From Lytechinus pictus (Eukaryota), in contig NC_087250.1 of the NCBI RefSeq assembly GCF_037042905.1, forward strand, positions 21,516,001-21,580,000: a DNA stretch of 64,000 nt, read 5' to 3'. A model generated the notes under the pieces. That model searched no databases, was not told the origin of the DNA, and worked only from the letters and a program-made list of their open reading frames with translations. The stretch's first letter is position 1; every line of letters starts with the position of its first letter. Below, piece by piece: positions 62,299 to 64,000 of this stretch. The position numbers and the translations under genes are program-made.

Positions 62299-63839
62299 TA
62301 TATGAAGTGTTACTTGTAGAACGTTATAATTTATATCAAGCAATTCCCCTTTTGGGGAATGCACAGGCATCTTTGGCGACTTGTTTTGCAATGTTAATAG
62401 TCTACATTGTCTTGTTTTTTCAAGGTACTTTATTAACAAACACAATTATTATAGGAGTGTCATGTTATAAGAGGTCATGTTTTATCTGCCTTATTTCAAA
62501 TCCTAATGATATACGACAAGTGCTTATCACTTTTTTTCAATGACAATACTTCACAGATTGGGAGTAGGCCTCTGAAAGGTATTCATGCACAAAGAATAGA
62601 TTTTTAGAGTTCAGTAATTTGTATACCCATATTGGAAGTCAGTAGGCCTATAGTTTCTTTTCATATGCAGCCTCTGGTTTTAATGCAAATACAGCATGTT
62701 CTTCTCAGTATGTACGTCAGTTTAGTCGGTATTCATGTTATTCGAACGGTTGTTGTGTCTATACATTTACATTCTCATGATAACGCATATTACGGAAAAG
62801 ATACGATAATTCGACCGGGTGATTTTATAGTGTTTTCTAGTAGAACGATTCTTTTTCTTATGCTAATTTTTAGCAACCGAAAGGAAATTTGCAGGAATCT
62901 AATTATGTATAGACACTTGATAAAAAGTGTTAGCTTGAATCCACCTCTTCTGGAATTTGATACATTCTTTACCGGTTTCGATTATCACGATGATAAGGTA
63001 TATTATCTTTCACGAATTTTTTGGCTTTCAGTAAACTGTAAAGTCTGTAAACAATTCTTGCACACAAAATTCTTTGGACATGATATAAATACAGTTTGTT
63101 TTTTGTTTACATGTTTGAATGAATGGGATTTTTTACATTGGCTTCAAAGCTCTAATACGCAAAAGATACTCGAGGTCTTTAAATAGCATTCTTACACAGT
63201 CATTCGACTGTCGAGTTTTTCAATTATTCAAATACCGCATTGTGATAATGGTATGCATTGTATGATATGTCAATTAAAGATGTTTCTCAATATCGAAGCC
63301 ATGGTTCTTTCACAAGCGTTACATAATCAAATAGGAGTTGATTATGCAGTTAGGGTTTGGATAATTCGGCGAATAGGCTTGTTATGCATGCTATCTCAAG
63401 TTTTTTTACCGCCATCTCTTAAGATATTTTAATACACCTTTGATTTATATTCAAATACTCCTTTTTCCAGTAGAAAGAATTTTTGAATTCCTTGTTACAC
63501 AAATCACACAAAAAATTGCAAATGTTTTAATTGGGACTATAAGTCGGTCATTCATTGCGCATGCTTCCGGGTTTATGTTTTTTACAAGGTCCATTTTCAT
63601 GTTAAATCCTTCTTTAATTGCGATACTCTTGCCTTGACCATGATGACCTTGTTGAAACGTATTCTCTTTGAATTATTCATGTTCACGAGATATTCTTTGC
63701 CATGGCTTTCCATTCGGGTAAACTTTCCTATTTTCATTACCCCGTATTTGTTATTCCTACGTACAAAACTTCGCTTTTGTAAATCCGGCTTTATGAGGTT
63801 GACAAATCAGGATGTCATATTTTAATGATTATTAAATAA

Positions 63840-64000
63840 ACAAAGTTGAAATTTCTGTCGCTAAATGTAAGAGGTATTAGATCCAATTTTAAAAGGAATA
63901 AAGTTTTTCATTGGCTGGAAGATATTAATGCAGATGTGATATTCATGCAGGAGACATATAGCTCTGATGATATAACTAATATTTGGTCGTCTCAATGTAA
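63840..64000 (+). mobile_element. L1/Tx1-like LINE ORF2 APE-endonuclease N-terminus (partial, window end)
   Basis: KLKFLSLNVRGIRSNFKRNKVFHWLEDINADVIFMQETY; in-frame stop just upstream. Confidence 0.8.

Overview
Eukaryotic, AT-rich, intron-containing and transposon-saturated DNA. The repeat types and NLR architecture fit an echinoderm best, probably a sea urchin (inference). The main gene is a minus-strand NLR immune receptor (DEATH - NACHT - LRR-like). Five phase-compatible exons can be read (16491-16796, 10976-12546, 9019-9536, a 49-nt micro-exon at 8219-8267, and 1-487), and the gene runs off the window. Two further phase-compatible minus-strand exons (42114-42220, 40455-40607) look like the 3' end of a second, unidentified gene. 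Most of the rest is nested mobile DNA: hAT, PIF/Harbinger (one with a decayed spliced transposase), Tc1/mariner (one DD34E ORF), TTAA MITEs, a DINE-1/Helentron-like repeat, LINE and SINE fragments, and a 5.3-kb foldback element with TGT...ACA ends. Most notable are three features. First, a non-autonomous Transib-type element with CACAGTG ends and a 12-RSS-like left terminus lies between the DEATH and NACHT exons. Second, the satellite-bearing foldback element. Third, a degenerate hammerhead-ribozyme-like motif sits in a (TA)n-flanked insert. Everything was read by eye; no database searches were run.
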